A DNA stretch of 64,000 nt. Origin: a virus. The position numbers and the translations under genes were made by a program. Each line of letters opens with the position of its first letter. The first letter of the stretch is position 1. The stretch lies in IMG/VR virus record IMGVR_UViG_3300025812_000003; one strand, written 5' to 3'. Below the pieces are notes generated by a model that did no database searches, was not told the DNA's origin, and worked only from the letters and a program-made list of their open reading frames with translations. Below are positions 61,051 through 64,000 of the stretch, piece after piece.

Positions 61051-61680
61051 ATGAGATACTTCACGATAGACGAGAAGGGCCTTGCCTCCCTGATGCGGGG
61101 GCTGGAGCTGATCGAGCGCCTGGATGCCGAGAAGGTAAGCGAGCTGCGCCTGCACCTCTACGGGATGACCTCCGAGCAGGGCGTGATATACGAGGCCAAG
61201 GCGTACCTGATGGACAATCTGGACGAGTACATGGACGAGGACGGGCAGACCACCCTGGAGGAAGATGACATCTCCCTCCCCGAGGTCGCCATCGCCATCC
61301 CCCTGTCGGCCGACACAATCTATGCCCTTACCGGATCGGGGATAGACATGCATCGCATGGAGTTCGCCTATCTGTCTGGGGAGGGGGAGGGGGTAAAGAC
61401 CGGGACCTTCTACAACGAAAGCGCGAAGAGGACCAGGGTGACGATGGGCAGCCTCTCCCGCATGGCCCTGGCCAGCGACGACATATGGCTCAGGGACTTC
61501 CTGCTGGAGAGAAGGACGAACCAATCCATGTCGATCAGGAAGAAGGAAAGAAGGACCGAGCCCGCAATCCCCGTCGAAGGGGAAGAAATGCCGCCCGAAG
61601 CACCCGTTGGAGGCGAGCCGACGCCCAGGATAAGCAGCCTCGGGCAGCTAATGGAGGAATTCCTTGACCGGAAGCAATAG
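61051..61680 (+). CDS. hypothetical acidic protein
   Basis: GAGGG RBS; 209 aa. Confidence 0.7.
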   Translation: MRYFTIDEKGLASLMRGLELIERLDAEKVSELRLHLYGMTSEQGVIYEAKAYLMDNLDEYMDEDGQTTLEEDDISLPEVAIAIPLSADTIYALTGSGIDMHRMEFAYLSGEGEGVKTGTFYNESAKRTRVTMGSLSRMALASDDIWLRDFLLERRTNQSMSIRKKERRTEPAIPVEGEEMPPEAPVGGEPTPRISSLGQLMEEFLDRKQ

Positions 61681-61996
61681 GCGGGTCATCAAGCCCCGGG
61701 CCGCAAAGGCGGGAATCGCCCCCTCCCTTCCGGGGCACGTCAAGGTGAGGCTCCAGTACCTCACCCAAGAGCCAGCGCACCTAAGGAGCATGATCCTGGC
61801 GCAGCAGGGGGCCGAGCCGCCGTTCGTCGAGGAGGTATGCGTCCTCCTCCCCCACATGAAGGTATACCCCATGCTGGAATGCTTCCTTCCAACCTTCGAG
61901 ACTCTGCGCAAGGACGGAATAGTGCCGGAGAAGTCCGAGCTCCAGGACTTCCGCATCCTCGACAGGGATGCCCTCACTCTCTCCTACGTAATCTAA
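61664..61996 (+). CDS. hypothetical protein
   Basis: GGAGG RBS with TTG start. Confidence 0.6.
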   Translation: MTGSNRRVIKPRAAKAGIAPSLPGHVKVRLQYLTQEPAHLRSMILAQQGAEPPFVEEVCVLLPHMKVYPMLECFLPTFETLRKDGIVPEKSELQDFRILDRDALTLSYVI

Positions 61997-62036
61997 TTTT
62001 TCCGACAAATCCCCAAAAATCCGGTATAGTGTATCC

Positions 62037-62300
62037 ATGGGAACAAAACGGAAGCCCGTGTCGATAGAAAGGCTGCTCGACTGCGCCGAGGTCCTGCAGG
62101 CATGGCGCGACAGCCTTAGGAGGGATTTGGACCGCGCCCGTGCCAACTGGGAACAGACGCCGCTGGTGGACCTGCCGGACGTCCAAAGGAAGGACATCCA
62201 GACGATGAGCCTGATACGGGCGCTGCAGGTGGAGCTGCTGGACATGGTGGAAATGCATTACTTGGCCAGAAGGGCACGCAAAAAGCCGCAACAGGGGTAA
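62037..62300 (+). CDS. hypothetical protein (possibly leaderless)
   Basis: GGTATAGT 6 nt upstream of the ATG. Confidence 0.6.
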   Translation: MGTKRKPVSIERLLDCAEVLQAWRDSLRRDLDRARANWEQTPLVDLPDVQRKDIQTMSLIRALQVELLDMVEMHYLARRARKKPQQG

Positions 62301-62409
62301 AGCAATGAAACTGAGCAGAGAAACGAAGGTGTCCATAGGCCTCGTGGCCCCGTACCTCGCCTACCTGCTGTACGCCGTCTGGTCCATCTCCATGAAGGGA
62401 GGAAGGTAG

Positions 62410-62874
62410 ATGGACTTCACGCTGGAATTCGCCGACGACGGCAGCCCGAAATGCCTGTCGGAAATCGAGTGCTCCTATCCCTCCACTCCCATGCACCACA
62501 CATGCCTGCGAAAGGCCGGGCACGCAGGGCCGCATGCCACGCACGTCTTCTGGCAGCAGGAAGCAACCTTCAAAGGCACGACATTCAACGTCCAGTCGGG
62601 CGGGATCGTGACGTGGGAGCCCAAGGGAAGGAAGCCAAGGTGCGAATGGAACCCCGCGAAGAAAAGGGCCGCATACCCGACGGACCGGGGCGGGCACGAG
62701 GCCAACGGAATCGCATACAGCCCCGTAAGCATCTGGGGGCCCTACCAGAATGACATCTTTATATGCAGGGAATGCTGGAGCACCCCGGTGGCACGGGCAA
62801 AGTTTGCCGGGTGGAGGTGGGTGGAGACAAAGCCGGACGATCACGGCTGCATGCACGTTTCGCTCGGAGGGTAA
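62410..62874 (+). CDS. hypothetical protein
   Basis: GGAGG RBS; C....GHAGPH motif. Confidence 0.6.
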   Translation: MDFTLEFADDGSPKCLSEIECSYPSTPMHHTCLRKAGHAGPHATHVFWQQEATFKGTTFNVQSGGIVTWEPKGRKPRCEWNPAKKRAAYPTDRGGHEANGIAYSPVSIWGPYQNDIFICRECWSTPVARAKFAGWRWVETKPDDHGCMHVSLGG

Positions 62875-62881
62875 GGCAGGC

Positions 62882-63670
62882 ATGAAAAGGGAAAAGAACG
62901 CCCTGACGGCCAGGATGAAGGACAGCTACGAGCTGCGGTGCAGGCGCTACTTCCCGCGGCGGACGCACGTCATCGTCCGCGTGGACGGAAGGGCGTTCCA
63001 CACCTGGACCAGGGGCCTCCGGAAGCCCTACGACCCGGACTTCATGGCATGCATGGACGCCGCCGCCCTGGCGCTATGCAAGGAGGTCTCGGGATGCAAG
63101 CTCGGGTACGTCCAGTCGGACGAGGTGAGCCTGCTCCTGACGGACTTCGACTCCGTGGAGACCCAGGCGTGGTTCGACAACTGCCAGGACAAGATCGAGA
63201 GCATCACGGCCAGCATCGCCACCATGGCGTTCAACCGGCACGTGGGGTGGTTCCGCCAGGACTTCGTCCTCGGCATCAACCCCGAGGGCGTCAAGGCCCA
63301 CCCCATGGCGGGCAAAAAGCCCGACGCCACGTTCGACTCCCGGGCCTTCGTCATCCCGGACTACGTCGAAGTGGAGAACTACTTCATCGACCGGCAGAAG
63401 GACGCCATCAGGAACTCCATAACGATGCTGGCCAGCGCCCATGCCAGCCCCAAGCAGCTTTTCGGGAAAAAATCCGCAGACAGGCTCGCGCTCGTAGGCG
63501 AGGCGGGCCTCGAATGGAAGGCGCAGCCGGTGCGGTTCAGGCGGGGGGCGGCGGTATGGAAGGCCGAGGACGGATGGGTGGCGGACCCCTGCACGCCCGA
63601 GTTCACGAAGCACAGGGATTTCCTGAGGAACTCCATTCCGCGCCATTGGCAGGAGGACGAAAATGTCTGA
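62882..63670 (+). CDS. thg1: tRNA(His) guanylyltransferase Thg1-like protein
   Basis: VRVDGRAFH, GYVQSDEVSLL, FDSRAF, YFIDRQKDAIRNS. Confidence 0.93.
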   Translation: MKREKNALTARMKDSYELRCRRYFPRRTHVIVRVDGRAFHTWTRGLRKPYDPDFMACMDAAALALCKEVSGCKLGYVQSDEVSLLLTDFDSVETQAWFDNCQDKIESITASIATMAFNRHVGWFRQDFVLGINPEGVKAHPMAGKKPDATFDSRAFVIPDYVEVENYFIDRQKDAIRNSITMLASAHASPKQLFGKKSADRLALVGEAGLEWKAQPVRFRRGAAVWKAEDGWVADPCTPEFTKHRDFLRNSIPRHWQEDENV

Positions 63671-63941
63671 AAAGGTGACGGTAGAACGGGCCGTGGAGCT
63701 GGCCGGGGAGAAAGATGCGGACGGCATCCTGAGGGACATCTTCTGGGAGTTCCAGGACTCCCCGTTGGTCTCCGGGACGGAGCAGAGCCTCCTGTCCATA
63801 GCAAAGCACTTCGGGTGGCCCGCCGAGCGCACCCTGGCGGCCCTGGCGCTCGTGATGTGCGTCCGTGCAAGGAGCCTGGAAAAGGCCCTCGTCGACGTCG
63901 TCATGACGACCCCCACACGACCCTTGATGCTCCCCCTCTGA
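63663..63941 (+). CDS. hypothetical protein
   Basis: GGAGG RBS. Confidence 0.6.
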   Translation: MSEKVTVERAVELAGEKDADGILRDIFWEFQDSPLVSGTEQSLLSIAKHFGWPAERTLAALALVMCVRARSLEKALVDVVMTTPTRPLMLPL

Positions 63942-64000
63942 AAACCGCCTAAGGTTTAGTATTTGCCCGTCATGGACGCATTGAAGGAACGAGAGAAGGA

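Noticed and set aside
1-64000. Genome-wide TAG reassignment (alternative genetic code)
   Set aside because: Many genes end at TAG with the next start immediately after (3098, 42379, 49970, 55907), and no clear CUA-anticodon tRNA is present.
1-64000. Archaeal virus, suggested by frequent AGG and ATA codons
   Set aside because: Peptide deformylase, a long-arm tRNA-Tyr and a sigma70-type promoter point to a bacterial host.

Overview
GC-rich, gene-dense window that reads as part of a large (jumbo/huge) bacteriophage genome. It holds many short unknown genes plus four DNA methyltransferases (one with an intein), HNH endonucleases, an HhH glycosylase, peptide deformylase, a PseT-like polynucleotide kinase/phosphatase, a SNF2 helicase, metallophosphoesterases, a DnaQ-like exonuclease, NUDIX, dCMP deaminase, Thg1 and ten tRNA genes. 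No cellular housekeeping operon is present. Highlight 1 (6136-13921, minus strand): a CRISPR locus with 25 repeats of about 36 nt, an ~850-aa TnpB/Cas12-type protein whose RuvC-II and RuvC-III catalytic residues appear substituted, an ~1040-aa SF2 helicase fused to a class I SAM methyltransferase, and a 102-aa protein. There is no cas1/cas2/cas4 and no transposase, so this is a candidate undescribed 'dead Cas12 + helicase-methyltransferase' system. Highlight 2 (52619-54183): a cluster containing only Tyr, Leu and Ser tRNAs, preceded by a Ser/Leu/Tyr-rich 30-codon leader peptide with mutually exclusive antiterminator and terminator helices, i.e. a candidate tRNA-sensing attenuator; two of the Ser tRNAs have 8-bp acceptor stems. 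Other oddities: an HNH gene hidden in a second frame inside the intein, a dual-frame and frameshifted C5 methyltransferase, a possible CxxU selenopeptide, in-frame stops at likely Trp positions, and modular KxA-punctuated polyproteins. All calls are by-eye motif recognition; no database searches or folding programs were run.
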